A stretch of 51,289 nt of DNA from a virus (IMGVR_UViG_3300018062_000001:1-51289), one strand, 5' to 3'. Positions 16,974 to 27,486 are shown, numbered from the stretch's first letter. Numbers and translations are program-made. Notes: generated from the letters alone by a model not told the origin.

Positions 16974-18953
16974 TTATGTGCCAATACAAAATCCATTAAG
17001 AGTATCTGTACCTGTCCCTGTAAGAGCAAAAGCACTTCCAGAGGAGGGAACAAATTTTATAGCGGCTGCACTATTATTATCAAAGCCACTACAATAATAA
17101 GTTGAAGAATTAGTATAAACAGCAGAACCAGAAAGAGTAATATTACAAGAAGTTCCTAATATACAACTCCAAACAACTATATGTGGATTAATAACTTGAG
17201 TTCCATTAATTGTATAAGCAAGCGGAGAGGTTGTTAAATTTGTAACTGGAGTGGTACTTGTAATAGAAAATGGTGTTGTACCCGTAGCAAGTGTAGATAC
17301 TATTTGAGATATTGTTGTAATAGTTCCAGAAGCATTAATATTTGCTACAGGTGTCCCACAATTTGTACTATTACCACAAAAATAAACAATACTACCAGTT
17401 CCAGCACCTACCATAAATTTTACAGAAGCAGTACCAGCAGCATTAATTTGGGTATCACCATTTCCAGATGACGGAGCTATAAGATTAATTCTATTAACTG
17501 TTCCATCACTAATAAAGAGATTATCACCAGTAGAAGTATTTCCAGTAATTTTCCATTTAATTGAGTTCTGATCCGAAAAAGCGATACTAACTGGTTTACC
17601 AGCACTACAAGACGGACATGTAGGATATAAATTATCTAAAACGAGAATATTATCATTTCCGGCGTCATCTCTATTAAGATGAAACCCATATCCGCCCGAC
17701 TGCCAACCACCTTGCATTACTGCTACTCTTTGCCAATTAGATGCACTTCTATTATTTGAAGTCCATAATGTTCCAATACCACCAGCATAATTACCAGTGG
17801 TGGATATTATTGATGCTGTAGCATTTAAATCTCCATTTTGTGCATTACTATTAAATACTGCATTTTCAGCACCTACAGACAAATCAAATTCTACTGTTCT
17901 ACAGGGGCCACGATTAGAAAGTCCAAAACATATTGCTACACCATTAATTGCCTCTATCCCACCAGAATATGATGGAGATGATAAATTTAATCCTTCTGTT
18001 CTATTTGCATTAACAAATAATAAAGCAGATTCATTTCCAGTCGCAACCCCACCTGGACAACTATAAGTAGTACCGTCCCAAAAACAACCTTGTATTAAAT
18101 AAGGAAATGTAAAATTTCCATTATTTCCAGTAATACTATAACTTTCAAAATGACTTGTATTTACAGTTCCTTGTCCAAATGCACCTACTTGTTGATTTTG
18201 CCATTGATCTGACAATGATAAAAATGTATAACTTCCTTGCGGTGGTGTTATAGTTTCATTAGTAAATAAACCAATATTAGGAGTAATATCTCCTATCGGT
18301 CCTTGTATATGTGTAAAAACTCCTGCATTGGGAGTAACAGAACCAATAGAACCGGGACTTCCCCAATTAGCGCTAGAAATTGAAGTAAATCCCGAACCAT
18401 TACAAGTAAGATTAACACATTGACGAAAAGAACTATCAGTTGTTCTTACATACATACCACCTATACCAGTATTAACTTCTGCATCAGAATAAGCATATCC
18501 TATTACTGGATTAGGATTAATTACAGGTGGAATTACTTGATTACTAAATATTGTACTTAAATTCATACTGCTACCAGTTATAACAATAGCAATCATCTGA
18601 GAACAAGCACGAACACTAGCCTGTGGACAAATAGTAAATTGCCATTTACTTCCGCTTGGTAAGATACCATTTATATTATCATCAAGAGTTACTGATAAAG
18701 TTCCAGAAGAGTTAATAGAACCTGTAATTAATCCACCACCTTGTAATGAATGGCCTTGATTTGTGAATGGACCTGGAATATTCGGGGTTGCTATAAATTG
18801 AACAGAATAAGAACCATTATTCCAAGTTTGTCCCTGAGAATCTGTTATAGTTGCAGTTACTGATGTAAGTATTTGAGCTTTAGATATATTAAGGCCCAAA
18901 AGCAATAGGCTCATCAAGATCAAGAATTGCTTGTTCATATTCCCGCCAATCAA
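16974..18953 (-). CDS. Tail fibre/adhesin-like protein with signal peptide (start likely MNKQF, 18938)
   Basis: G/S/T/N-rich beta-type sequence with Cys pairs; MNKQFLILMSLLLLGLNISKA-Q. Confidence 0.7.
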   Translation of the reverse strand: MIGGNMNKQFLILMSLLLLGLNISKAQILTSVTATITDSQGQTWNNGSYSVQFIATPNIPGPFTNQGHSLQGGGLITGSINSSGTLSVTLDDNINGILPSGSKWQFTICPQASVRACSQMIAIVITGSSMNLSTIFSNQVIPPVINPNPVIGYAYSDAEVNTGIGGMYVRTTDSSFRQCVNLTCNGSGFTSISSANWGSPGSIGSVTPNAGVFTHIQGPIGDITPNIGLFTNETITPPQGSYTFLSLSDQWQNQQVGAFGQGTVNTSHFESYSITGNNGNFTFPYLIQGCFWDGTTYSCPGGVATGNESALLFVNANRTEGLNLSSPSYSGGIEAINGVAICFGLSNRGPCRTVEFDLSVGAENAVFNSNAQNGDLNATASIISTTGNYAGGIGTLWTSNNRSASNWQRVAVMQGGWQSGGYGFHLNRDDAGNDNILVLDNLYPTCPSCSAGKPVSIAFSDQNSIKWKITGNTSTGDNLFISDGTVNRINLIAPSSGNGDTQINAAGTASVKFMVGAGTGSIVYFCGNSTNCGTPVANINASGTITTISQIVSTLATGTTPFSITSTTPVTNLTTSPLAYTINGTQVINPHIVVWSCILGTSCNITLSGSAVYTNSSTYYCSGFDNNSAAAIKFVPSSGSAFALTGTGTDTLNGFCIGT

Positions 18954-19290
18954 TATTCATTTCTATTGCAAGTAATTTTTCTATAAAAGTTGCAAATACA
19001 TGTTCTTTATGATATGGAGCAAGAGGAGAATCTCCGGGTTCTGATATATCATATTTTAATCTTCTAGTTTCATATTCTTTATCAAATGCTGTAATAACTT
19101 CTTCTCTTATTCCTTTTCTTCTAGTAAGAAATTCTTCTATCTGTTCATGTATAGAAACAAGAAATTCATATTCTTCTTTATGCATTCTACTAATACGAAA
19201 TTGTTTTACTCCGGCGTAATCATAATAATCGCCAACAGTACAATATCTCTGTTGATTATGTGGAATAGTCTTTATTTCATTGTGAATCAT
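18889..19290 (-). CDS. Phage protein with HExxE putative metal-binding motif
   Basis: QRY.TVGDY, IHEQIE, EPGDSPLAPYHKEH. Confidence 0.7.
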   Translation of the reverse strand: MIHNEIKTIPHNQQRYCTVGDYYDYAGVKQFRISRMHKEEYEFLVSIHEQIEEFLTRRKGIREEVITAFDKEYETRRLKYDISEPGDSPLAPYHKEHVFATFIEKLLAIEMNIDWREYEQAILDLDEPIAFGP

Positions 19291-19299
19291 AATATTATC

Positions 19300-19704
19300 C
19301 TATCTAAGCCAACTTAAAACTTGATTTTGTTTAATTTTAGATAAGAATTGAAATATGGTTAATCCAATTCCTAATGCTCATGAACCATAAACAGTCCATT
19401 CATATTGATCTTTATGTTTAATATTTTGTTTATTTCTATATCTAATTCGTATTCTACCGCCAAATATTTCTTTTAATTTATCTATTGGTTCTTTATTTAC
19501 TTGTGCAAGAAATATACGAATTGCACCATTAATTTTATGTTTACTAATACATCCTTCTCCTTCGATAAATCCTGCTGCCCAACAAATATCTTTAGTAGTT
19601 ATATTTCTTATAGCTTTATTTCCACCATCTCGTCTAATTCGATGAATGAATACAGTTCCAGGTTCTATAATAATATTCTTTCTATAGTCAATCATTTCAA
19701 CCAC
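19300..19704 (-). pseudogene. LAGLIDADG homing endonuclease with in-frame TGA at 19378-19380
   Basis: WAAGFIEGEGCI motif; frame continues for 25 codons after TGA to TAG at 19300. Confidence 0.7.
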
Positions 19705-20984
19705 CCATGTCTTGCCAAAATCTCATATCTTTTTATACATTTTTCCTCAAGATCAGTTCGATATTGCATGTCTGGTATTTGAATTTTTTTTAATTTTTCT
19801 CCCAACTTTCCAAATGCCTTTTGCGGTGTGTAGTCGGCTTGAATAGGAACGCCGATAAGACCAGACACACCAAGGCTATACAACTCACTAGATTTATCAA
19901 GATAGCAATCATATAAAAAACAATTTTTAATAATATCATCTTCTTCTATTCCTTCAATAGGTACATCACTTCTTAAAATTTTTTCATCTTTAGTTTCCGT
20001 AGGATATGGAGGAATAGATAGACGAACGCCAACAGCAAAAGTAGAATCAATATTATAATTAGGAGTATTCCCCGAAGCAATATCAAAAAGAAATTCACCA
20101 AGGTCTGAACTAATACAAGAAAAAATTGTAGCACTTGCATCATAACCAAATCTTGGTGTCCACTCTAGTCCATATAATTCTGAATCAGTTACTATAGAAT
20201 TAAGATCAAGCATTCCTCTATAATTATATTGTTGAAGAAATGATTTTAATTTTCCAAGACCTTCTCTAAATATATAAGGTCTATTTGCAGGAAGATCGTC
20301 ATAAAGCCAAACAAGATTACCAGCACAACCAGTATTAGGACCAACTCCATCATTCATTAATTTCTTTTCTTCTATAGTCCCATTTATTAAATAGAAATTT
20401 TCTCCATTAAAGTATCCCTCTGTAGAGATTTCAGTTCCTTCAACAAATTCTTGTAATATAAAAGTTGCCCCTTTAGAGAGACTTCCAAGCCTGTCAATAT
20501 ATTTAAGTAAGTCCTCTGCGCTTTTAGAGACATATGTTGTGGCTGTATCTTGTTCTTGTCCACCGAAAGGTTTAAAAACATATCGTTTATTTGTTTTTCT
20601 AATAAATTTCTTTGCAGCGTTAAGTTCCTCAAAGACTTCATATTCTGGCACCTTTATATCACATTCTTCCATTACCTCTATTCCAAATAGACGATTATCT
20701 TCAAGCTCAGAATTTAAATCCCCATCTCCAATACAAGGTATATTTTTAGCAATACAAGTCTCCGCTAATTTTGGATGACCAGTAAGATCAAATAAAACAA
20801 GATCATATTTTGTAATGTCTGGTAAAGACAACAAGGGTTGCTTTATCAACCCTTGTAAAATGTATTTAAGATTTTTATTTTCTTTTTGATCTAAATAAAT
20901 ATCGACAGAATGACCTTCAGCCTCTAATCTAATAGAGAACCAAGCACCATACATTGAATATGTACAAATAAGTATTTTTGCCAT
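19692..20984 (-). CDS. PurD (GAR synthetase)-like ATP-grasp ligase
   Basis: LEDNRLFG, YVFKP, LQEFVEGTEIS, EKKLMNDGVGPNTG, LEWTPRFG. Confidence 0.85.
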   Translation of the reverse strand: MAKILICTYSMYGAWFSIRLEAEGHSVDIYLDQKENKNLKYILQGLIKQPLLSLPDITKYDLVLFDLTGHPKLAETCIAKNIPCIGDGDLNSELEDNRLFGIEVMEECDIKVPEYEVFEELNAAKKFIRKTNKRYVFKPFGGQEQDTATTYVSKSAEDLLKYIDRLGSLSKGATFILQEFVEGTEISTEGYFNGENFYLINGTIEEKKLMNDGVGPNTGCAGNLVWLYDDLPANRPYIFREGLGKLKSFLQQYNYRGMLDLNSIVTDSELYGLEWTPRFGYDASATIFSCISSDLGEFLFDIASGNTPNYNIDSTFAVGVRLSIPPYPTETKDEKILRSDVPIEGIEEDDIIKNCFLYDCYLDKSSELYSLGVSGLIGVPIQADYTPQKAFGKLGEKLKKIQIPDMQYRTDLEEKCIKRYEILARHGWLK

Positions 20985-21003
20985 TCATTTGATAAAAATA
21001 TTA

Positions 21004-21213
21004 TTAATATGGTGATGTCCATCCTGCAATATTTGGATTCCCACTTGCATGTTTCTTCTTCTTACTTTTTCCAGCCTTAGACATAGCAATAGCTATAGCT
21101 TGTTCTTGTGGTTTACCTGAGTGCATTTCTGTTTTTATATTTTCAGAGATAACTTTTTTACTCTTTCCTTTCTTTAAAGGCATAGTAACTCCTGTAAAAT
21201 TATTTCTAATCAT
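21004..21213 (-). CDS. Small basic phage protein (start likely MPLKKG, 21183)
   Basis: [33 protein letters not shown], a pattern common in phages. Confidence 0.75.
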   Translation of the reverse strand: MIRNNFTGVTMPLKKGKSKKVISENIKTEMHSGKPQEQAIAIAMSKAGKSKKKKHASGNPNIAGWTSPY

Positions 21214-21237
21214 AATATAAAAAGATTAAAAATAAAA

Positions 21238-21477
21238 TTATTTTGCATGACTATGAGGAAGATTTAAATTAGTTTTCTTTTTTGATTTTCTGATATCTGC
21301 CCAATCAGCTCCTTTTTGCATTCCTGTATTAACAACTTCATCTGTACTTGTTGTTATAACACCAGAAGAACCACCACCAATTCCCACTGGTGGACCAGAA
21401 TCATGTCCACCATCATGTCCTACCTTATGAATTGCTTCCTTAACTTCTTGAGTCGTATGAAAATGCGGTGCTACCAT
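21238..21477 (-). CDS. Small Gly/His-rich hypothetical protein
   Basis: AAGGAG RBS. Confidence 0.65.
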   Translation of the reverse strand: MVAPHFHTTQEVKEAIHKVGHDGGHDSGPPVGIGGGSSGVITTSTDEVVNTGMQKGADWADIRKSKKKTNLNLPHSHAK

Positions 21478-21494
21478 TATATTTCTCCTTTTTA

Positions 21495-21872
21495 TTAATC
21501 TACCGTACCCGACAACGATGTTGGTGTTGGTGTTGTGATATTTGGCACTGCTATTTGTACCTCAGTATCGCAGGCACTTTCACCTCCAGTCGCTGAGTTT
21601 ACTGCACTAACATTATAATTATATGTTGTGCCCAACGTCACATTTGTATCCGTATAACCAAGAGCAACTATACCTGTAGCATACGGAACTGGATTATTAA
21701 CTCCGGTACAAGCATTACCACCTACAGCACGATAAATATTATATGTACATCCTGTCGTACATGTATCATTCCATGTTAAAACAACAGTATGCTTACCGGG
21801 ATTATTTGCTAAACTTCTCACTCCAGAAAAGAAAAACAAGCTCAATACGATTAGCAGTATAAGTTTTTTCAT
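21495..21872 (-). CDS. Secreted fibronectin type III-like protein
   Basis: Signal peptide; VVLTW, YNIYR, YTDTNV..GTTYNYNVSAVN..ES. Confidence 0.8.
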   Translation of the reverse strand: MKKLILLIVLSLFFFSGVRSLANNPGKHTVVLTWNDTCTTGCTYNIYRAVGGNACTGVNNPVPYATGIVALGYTDTNVTLGTTYNYNVSAVNSATGGESACDTEVQIAVPNITTPTPTSLSGTVD

Positions 21873-22032
21873 AAATTTTACTTAGTATTTGTTTTAAATA
21901 GTCTTTTGATATATTAAGTCTAAATACTATTGCATCTAAAGACCAACCAAGAGCACTTAATTCACATATTTCATATTCCTTGCCAGAAAGTTCAGAGCAT
22001 TTTTTATATTCATCTTTATTTAATTTTATTAT
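21802..22032 (-). CDS. LuxR/GerE-type HTH protein with non-canonical (ATA) start, absent from ORF track
   Basis: Manual translation IIKLNKDEYKKCSELSGKEYEICELSALGWSLDAIVFRLNISKDYLKQILSKIYEKTYTANRIELVFLFWSEKFSK; AAGGAG at 22043-22038. Confidence 0.65.
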   Translation of the reverse strand: MIKLNKDEYKKCSELSGKEYEICELSALGWSLDAIVFRLNISKDYLKQILSKIYEKTYTANRIELVFLFWSEKFSK

Positions 22033-23537
22033 TTATTCTCCTTTTCTAATTGTTCCAATTTTTGTTTTTCTAATTCATATTCATTATTAGCTTTATCAAC
22101 TTGGATTTTAAATATATTATATGCAGCCTTTGTAGCAGCAGGAAGATTTTTACCTTGTGCTCTTATATAACTTTCATAAGCCTCAACACCTTCTGTAGAT
22201 GTTATAATACGAGCAGCGGTATTTAAAACTCCTGCTTCTAATGCAATCTTTCCCATACCACCAGCAGACATGGCACCTCTAAATGGACCAAGAACAAATA
22301 CAAGATTCATAAAACGACCAACAAAAGAACTTTGATCACCAGTAGTATGAGCAATAAGTTTCTCAAATTTTTCTATAGCCTCATATTGCTTTGAAGTAAA
22401 TATTGTTTTAAGTCTATCTTCTCCAATCTTATCAAGAGCAGCAGTAAATCTTTTTCCAAGAAATCTTTCAGATAATTCAGGTGCTCTTTTAAGTGTTGGG
22501 TCTTTGCTTCCTCTTAAAGTTTGTTCTATAACATCATATACTATTCTTGTTCTAGCAGCTTCTATAGCATGAAATTGATCTGTACCAGAAAATAATTTAA
22601 TTAAATCTCTAATTTCCTCATGTCCGAATTTGGGACTAACTAAAGCTCCAGATAATTGTTCTACATTTTTAGACTTCATTATTGTACCAAGAAGTCCTTT
22701 TGCAAATGGTTTCTCTACATATTTTTCAAGCATAGCTGCTGCATTCTGCGGAGACATTTTACTTAATTGTGGAGCTAATTTAGCAATGGCAGCTTTCTTA
22801 GCAGCTTTAGTCGCATCTTGTAATAATACTCCAAACTCTTCTGGAGTTCCTTTAAATTTTGATAAAGCATTTGCAATGGTTTCAGCACCTTTAGTAATTG
22901 CCTCTGCCTGACCAGTATAAAATTCTTTCATTTTTCCAGCAGAAGGAATTAGATTAGTCATTAACTGTTCAAAATAACGAGAAAGACCACCATTCACTTC
23001 ACTTGGTAATAAAGGAATTTTTATTTTACTAAGAACTTTTCCAGTTCCAACTGTAAATTCTTGAGCATGTGGTATTTTAGAAAGTAATTTTAAAATAGCA
23101 GAACCAACAGGTTCAGCTTCTGTAATACCAATTTTCTCAAGACCACCACCCATCGCTATTAAACCACCTTCCGTAAGCCATTTAGATTCTTTTCCAAGAT
23201 AATCTTTTTGTATTTTTTGCCAATCTTCTTTAGTTAGTTTCGCAGCATCTTCTTTAGAAATATTTAAAAATTCATGTGGCTGTCTTTGTAAAGCAGAAGA
23301 TACAATTCGTTGACGAACTTGATTTTCTGCTAGTTTAGCATTATTAGGTAGTTTAGTTTGTTTTGATTCTGTAGTAATTATAGAGTCTTGTTTTTTAATT
23401 CCTTTCTTATTAAACCAATCTTTAGCTTGTTGAACAGTTGTTCCTGATTTAAAAGTATATAATTTTCCATCTGGTCCTATACCTTTAAGTGGTTTAGTAG
23501 GGTCGGGAGCAGTTATTTGTTGTATTCCATTTGACAT
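22029..23537 (-). CDS. Putative internal virion (ejection) protein
   Basis: Helical Ala/Lys-rich; third gene of a cluster after the tail genes. Confidence 0.6.
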   Translation of the reverse strand: MSNGIQQITAPDPTKPLKGIGPDGKLYTFKSGTTVQQAKDWFNKKGIKKQDSIITTESKQTKLPNNAKLAENQVRQRIVSSALQRQPHEFLNISKEDAAKLTKEDWQKIQKDYLGKESKWLTEGGLIAMGGGLEKIGITEAEPVGSAILKLLSKIPHAQEFTVGTGKVLSKIKIPLLPSEVNGGLSRYFEQLMTNLIPSAGKMKEFYTGQAEAITKGAETIANALSKFKGTPEEFGVLLQDATKAAKKAAIAKLAPQLSKMSPQNAAAMLEKYVEKPFAKGLLGTIMKSKNVEQLSGALVSPKFGHEEIRDLIKLFSGTDQFHAIEAARTRIVYDVIEQTLRGSKDPTLKRAPELSERFLGKRFTAALDKIGEDRLKTIFTSKQYEAIEKFEKLIAHTTGDQSSFVGRFMNLVFVLGPFRGAMSAGGMGKIALEAGVLNTAARIITSTEGVEAYESYIRAQGKNLPAATKAAYNIFKIQVDKANNEYELEKQKLEQLEKENK

Positions 23538-23549
23538 AAAAATATTAAA

Positions 23550-24896
23550 CTATTGAGGCGTAGCCTCTTCACTAAAATTAAAATTAATATCTCCACCAGT
23601 ATTTATAGGAGTGGTATCTTTTTCAGTATCTATTGGAGCAGTATCACTTCCAGTATCAGGAGTCTGAATATTTGATAAAGCACCAACAGCTCCTTTTAAC
23701 ATACCAGAAGCATCCATATATTTAATTTGACTTTGTACATTTTGCCATGCTTTACTTTGAATTTCTAAATCTTGCTGTGCTTTCATCATCTGTAATTGTA
23801 AATCTTTTATCTGAGCACTAGGCATTCCACCTTTTTTAAAATCAAACCAACCTGGATTACTTTCTATATCTTTACTTAATTTTTCAATTAAATCTTGATC
23901 TGTTTTAATTTTATTTTGAATTTCTGTAGCATTTTGATGCACAGATTTTATTAATTCAGATGCACCTTTTACATCTGTTAATTTATTAATTGCATCTACT
24001 CTTAATTTAACAGCTTGAAACATTCTATCCGCACGATATTTTATTCCCTGTAAAGTTAATTGAGCACGATCTTGCAAAGACATATCTCGTTCAATAGCGG
24101 AAGCAACTTGAGCATCAACTCCATATTTTTTAGACTCTGCGATTAATTTAGCAGCATCTGCAATAGCCGTTGTTCTTGCTTGATAATCCTTAGATTTTTG
24201 AACAGCTTCTTTAGATTTTTGAAGTGATTCTAATACTTTATTTGCTTCTGGCAAAATCTTTGCTTGTATTAACTGAGCACGCAAAGCAAGTCTTGGATCA
24301 ATTTGTTGTCTCTGTGGCATTTGTCCAAGTATTCTTTGTGCATTAGGATTTAATGGAGTTTCTCCCTTTTGTTGTTTTTGTGCGAATGTCTTATACGCAT
24401 TGAATAATGCTTGATTCTCAAGTTTATTTTTCCCACCACCGAGTAAATCAATATTGAATGCTTTAGCAATAAGTTTCGATTTCTTTGGGTCTTTTGTAAT
24501 ATCATTTATAATCTCAGCATTTTTTTGATATGCCTCTTTATTTCCTGCTGTCTGTGCTTCTTGCATTCCCTGCCATGCAGATATTAATCTTTCAATATCC
24601 ATCTCAAGAGCACGTTGTTTTTTCTGTTGAATATAACTCGTACCACTTTTTACCATTTCTGCTATACCACTAAATATTCTTTGTCTATCATATCTTTTTC
24701 TTTCACCAGTAGTTGCAAAACTACCCCGACCGGGAGGATTTTGTTGTATTAAATTTTGTATTGGTGGTGGTTGATACATTACTGGCATTTTAGGTTGTTG
24801 CATTTGTGGTGCAAAACTAATAGCACTAGATAAATCTTGTTGTAAAGCACTACTAGCACCAAGAGCAAGAGAAGTATCAGTATTTCCATTTGCCAT
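23550..24896 (-). CDS. Putative internal virion (ejection) protein
   Basis: Gln/Ala-rich coiled coil; synteny. Confidence 0.6.
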   Translation of the reverse strand: MANGNTDTSLALGASSALQQDLSSAISFAPQMQQPKMPVMYQPPPIQNLIQQNPPGRGSFATTGERKRYDRQRIFSGIAEMVKSGTSYIQQKKQRALEMDIERLISAWQGMQEAQTAGNKEAYQKNAEIINDITKDPKKSKLIAKAFNIDLLGGGKNKLENQALFNAYKTFAQKQQKGETPLNPNAQRILGQMPQRQQIDPRLALRAQLIQAKILPEANKVLESLQKSKEAVQKSKDYQARTTAIADAAKLIAESKKYGVDAQVASAIERDMSLQDRAQLTLQGIKYRADRMFQAVKLRVDAINKLTDVKGASELIKSVHQNATEIQNKIKTDQDLIEKLSKDIESNPGWFDFKKGGMPSAQIKDLQLQMMKAQQDLEIQSKAWQNVQSQIKYMDASGMLKGAVGALSNIQTPDTGSDTAPIDTEKDTTPINTGGDINFNFSEEATPQ

Positions 24897-24909
24897 ATAA
24901 AATCCTATT

Positions 24910-25872
24910 TTATTGTGGTGCCTGTCCCGTTATCCAAGGTACTAAATTTGCATTATCTGGAACATCACCATAAATATATGGTGCTAATGAGGCAGGATCA
25001 AGTGGAGAACCACCTAAATCAGCACCAGCACTAATTGACTGAACATCTGGAAACCAAGACTCAGCAGAATAGTCTGGAGTATATCCTAAATTATTTTGTA
25101 AATTTCCATATGTTTGTGTACCAGCAGATAATCCTAAATTAGTTAATGCACCTAAAGAACTACCACCACCACCTTGCATATTTGAACCAGCTATTGTTCC
25201 TATTCCGGCACCTATTAACGGAATAGTAGCACCACCAGTAAAGGGAGCAGCAATAGCACCGCCAGCTACCTCAAGACCACCTAATATATCTCCTAAAATC
25301 CCACCACCACTAGCTTTTTCAGCATGAAGAGTTGGAAGAATACTTTGCAATAATCCTAATTGTTCTTGCTGTGAAGTTAAAAACATATTTGCAAGAGTCT
25401 GTTGTTCTTCAAGACCAAATTGACTTGCATAATTTCCTAATCCCAATGCAGCCGCACTTCCAAATCTTGAACCTTCAGCACCAAAAGCATTCTCAATACC
25501 AGCAACTCCTTGATTATATGCAGGTTGCATAGCATTAAGAAATGCAGAAGCAACAGAGGGATTAAATAAACCACCCTGTAATATATTCCAAAGAAGTCCT
25601 GCTGTTCCACTACCGAAAGCATTAGATAAACTTTTATAGAATTGATCTCCACTACCAGGACCATAACCTGCTGTAAATGGGAAACCACTTGACATTCCAG
25701 ATAAACTTGTTCCACCAAAAACAGGAGCATTAGCACTAGGAGTAGTAATACCAAATAAATTAGATTGTGGTGTCCCACCAGATGTAGAAGGTGGATTACC
25801 AACATTACCCGGTGTTGGTAAAGGCTGTGGAGCATTATTTCCACCAAATGCAAATATAGGAGAAGTTGCCAT
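24910..25872 (-). CDS. Putative DNA ejection/pilot protein
   Basis: Gly-rich with hydrophobic GGAIAAPFTGGATIPLIGAGIG segment. Confidence 0.65.
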   Translation of the reverse strand: MATSPIFAFGGNNAPQPLPTPGNVGNPPSTSGGTPQSNLFGITTPSANAPVFGGTSLSGMSSGFPFTAGYGPGSGDQFYKSLSNAFGSGTAGLLWNILQGGLFNPSVASAFLNAMQPAYNQGVAGIENAFGAEGSRFGSAAALGLGNYASQFGLEEQQTLANMFLTSQQEQLGLLQSILPTLHAEKASGGGILGDILGGLEVAGGAIAAPFTGGATIPLIGAGIGTIAGSNMQGGGGSSLGALTNLGLSAGTQTYGNLQNNLGYTPDYSAESWFPDVQSISAGADLGGSPLDPASLAPYIYGDVPDNANLVPWITGQAPQ

Positions 25873-25893
25873 AAAAATCCTTTTTAATCAACT

Positions 25894-26688
25894 CTAGGTA
25901 TATCTACGAACAACTGGTAATAATCTACGCTCATTATATGACATCATTCTTTCTTGTTGAGATTTTCTTGCCATTATAAGTCCCGGTATTTCATTACCAT
26001 ATTTATCTTTATATCCAAATAATTTTTGATGATATTTCATTCCTAAATCTGTCATACCTAATTGATCGCAAAGTTTTTCAGCAGTTGCATATTCTAATAT
26101 ATCTTGCCAGTCAATAGGCATAAATATTACTTGTTGTGCTAATAAATTATTATAATTACTATTTTGACTACTTAAATTAGCATCTGGAAATGGATGTTGT
26201 CTCTGATAACGCATTTGACAGGCATATGGATTATTTGGCATATTACCAACAATAATTACACCATTATTACGAGGTGTTCCATGAATACAATATACAGATG
26301 GTATTCCTTGTATTTTTGACATTGGCTCAACAACTCTAAGAGAGCGAGCCTTCATTTCCATTCCCATACTAACACCAGGAGTTACTACTCCAGATTGGTC
26401 ATAATAAACAAACCAAGATGTTATAAAAGTAAGAGCAACATCAGTATTTTCTATAAATGGATTCCCTGATATACCTAAAGGATCATATCCATTTAAGGGG
26501 TATTCTGCTATAGCATTTGGAGCAGATACAAAATTAGTTATAGCTCCAGTAATTTTTAATTCTTCAAATTCATAATTTTCTGTTAAATCAAGTATTGCAG
26601 CCTTCGCAGCAAATGGTATAGATGGAATAATATCATCTCGACCACGAAGTTTATTTACAACACCTTGATATAAATCTTGTATAATCAC
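25894..26688 (-). CDS. Head-tail adaptor / tail tubular protein A-like
   Basis: AILDL..YEFEEL, P.DWQDILEYATA; size and position. Confidence 0.6.
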   Translation of the reverse strand: MIIQDLYQGVVNKLRGRDDIIPSIPFAAKAAILDLTENYEFEELKITGAITNFVSAPNAIAEYPLNGYDPLGISGNPFIENTDVALTFITSWFVYYDQSGVVTPGVSMGMEMKARSLRVVEPMSKIQGIPSVYCIHGTPRNNGVIIVGNMPNNPYACQMRYQRQHPFPDANLSSQNSNYNNLLAQQVIFMPIDWQDILEYATAEKLCDQLGMTDLGMKYHQKLFGYKDKYGNEIPGLIMARKSQQERMMSYNERRLLPVVRRYT

Positions 26689-27095
26689 TAAATTCCACCA
26701 ATAAAAAATTCAACTAAAGCATTAGCAGCAGAAGGTGTTAATGTTAATGCTGATATACCAGGGGTATTACCAGAAGGATTTGTCCAAAATATAATTTGAT
26801 CCCCACTATTTAAAACTATAACAGTAGCAGAAGCTCCTCCATTTGGAGTCCAAGTTACAGTAACAGTTTTATTATTTGGATCAACATTTTTTATATATAC
26901 TTCCGCAGCTATTCCAGATGGAGTAGAAATAGCAATAACATTAGCACCAGCACTTAAATTGTGGTATCTTTCTAATTTTGCAATAGCACTATCAAAAGCA
27001 GGATTTCCAGTTCCAAAATTAATAGGAACATTTCCTGTTGTATCATCAGTAGCTACTATAGTTGCAATAAAAGCATTATTAGTATTTTGTCCCAT
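26688..27095 (-). CDS. Virion structural protein
   Basis: Beta-rich, VYIKNVD; in tail cluster. Confidence 0.6.
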   Translation of the reverse strand: MGQNTNNAFIATIVATDDTTGNVPINFGTGNPAFDSAIAKLERYHNLSAGANVIAISTPSGIAAEVYIKNVDPNNKTVTVTWTPNGGASATVIVLNSGDQIIFWTNPSGNTPGISALTLTPSAANALVEFFIGGI

Positions 27096-27108
27096 TTCAT
27101 TATCCTAG

Positions 27109-27486
27109 TTAATGAATATGTAAAATAAGTTTTGCATTATTTCCAGAAAATTTTATAAATATTTGTGTTTTAGTCCATGTAGTACCACTATCATACCAAA
27201 CACCAGATACATTAGAATATTTTAAATCAATTCCCATTGGTACTCTTCCTAAATTATGTATAACTATAAATTGTGTATTAGCACTTCCGCTATTAGGAAT
27301 CATTACTAATACACCATCTATATTATCACAATGTTTTGGACGAGTTTGAAAGCCTCCGGCTATTAATATAGTATCTGGAACTCCAAAACTAATTCCACCA
27401 TTTATAGCTTTCTCAACATCTTGATGAAATTTAAAACGTTCTTGTATACTTTGTATAAATGAATATGCAAGATGCCTTACTTGCAT
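27109..27486 (-). CDS. Tail-associated protein
   Basis: AINGGISFG, VIHNLGRVP motif. Confidence 0.6.
   Translation of the reverse strand: MQVRHLAYSFIQSIQERFKFHQDVEKAINGGISFGVPDTILIAGGFQTRPKHCDNIDGVLVMIPNSGSANTQFIVIHNLGRVPMGIDLKYSNVSGVWYDSGTTWTKTQIFIKFSGNNAKLILHIH

Noticed and set aside
19378-19380. Genome-wide TGA recoding
   Set aside because: Several genes end in TGA with ATGA coupling (5604, 7207, 14358, 15745), so TGA functions as stop
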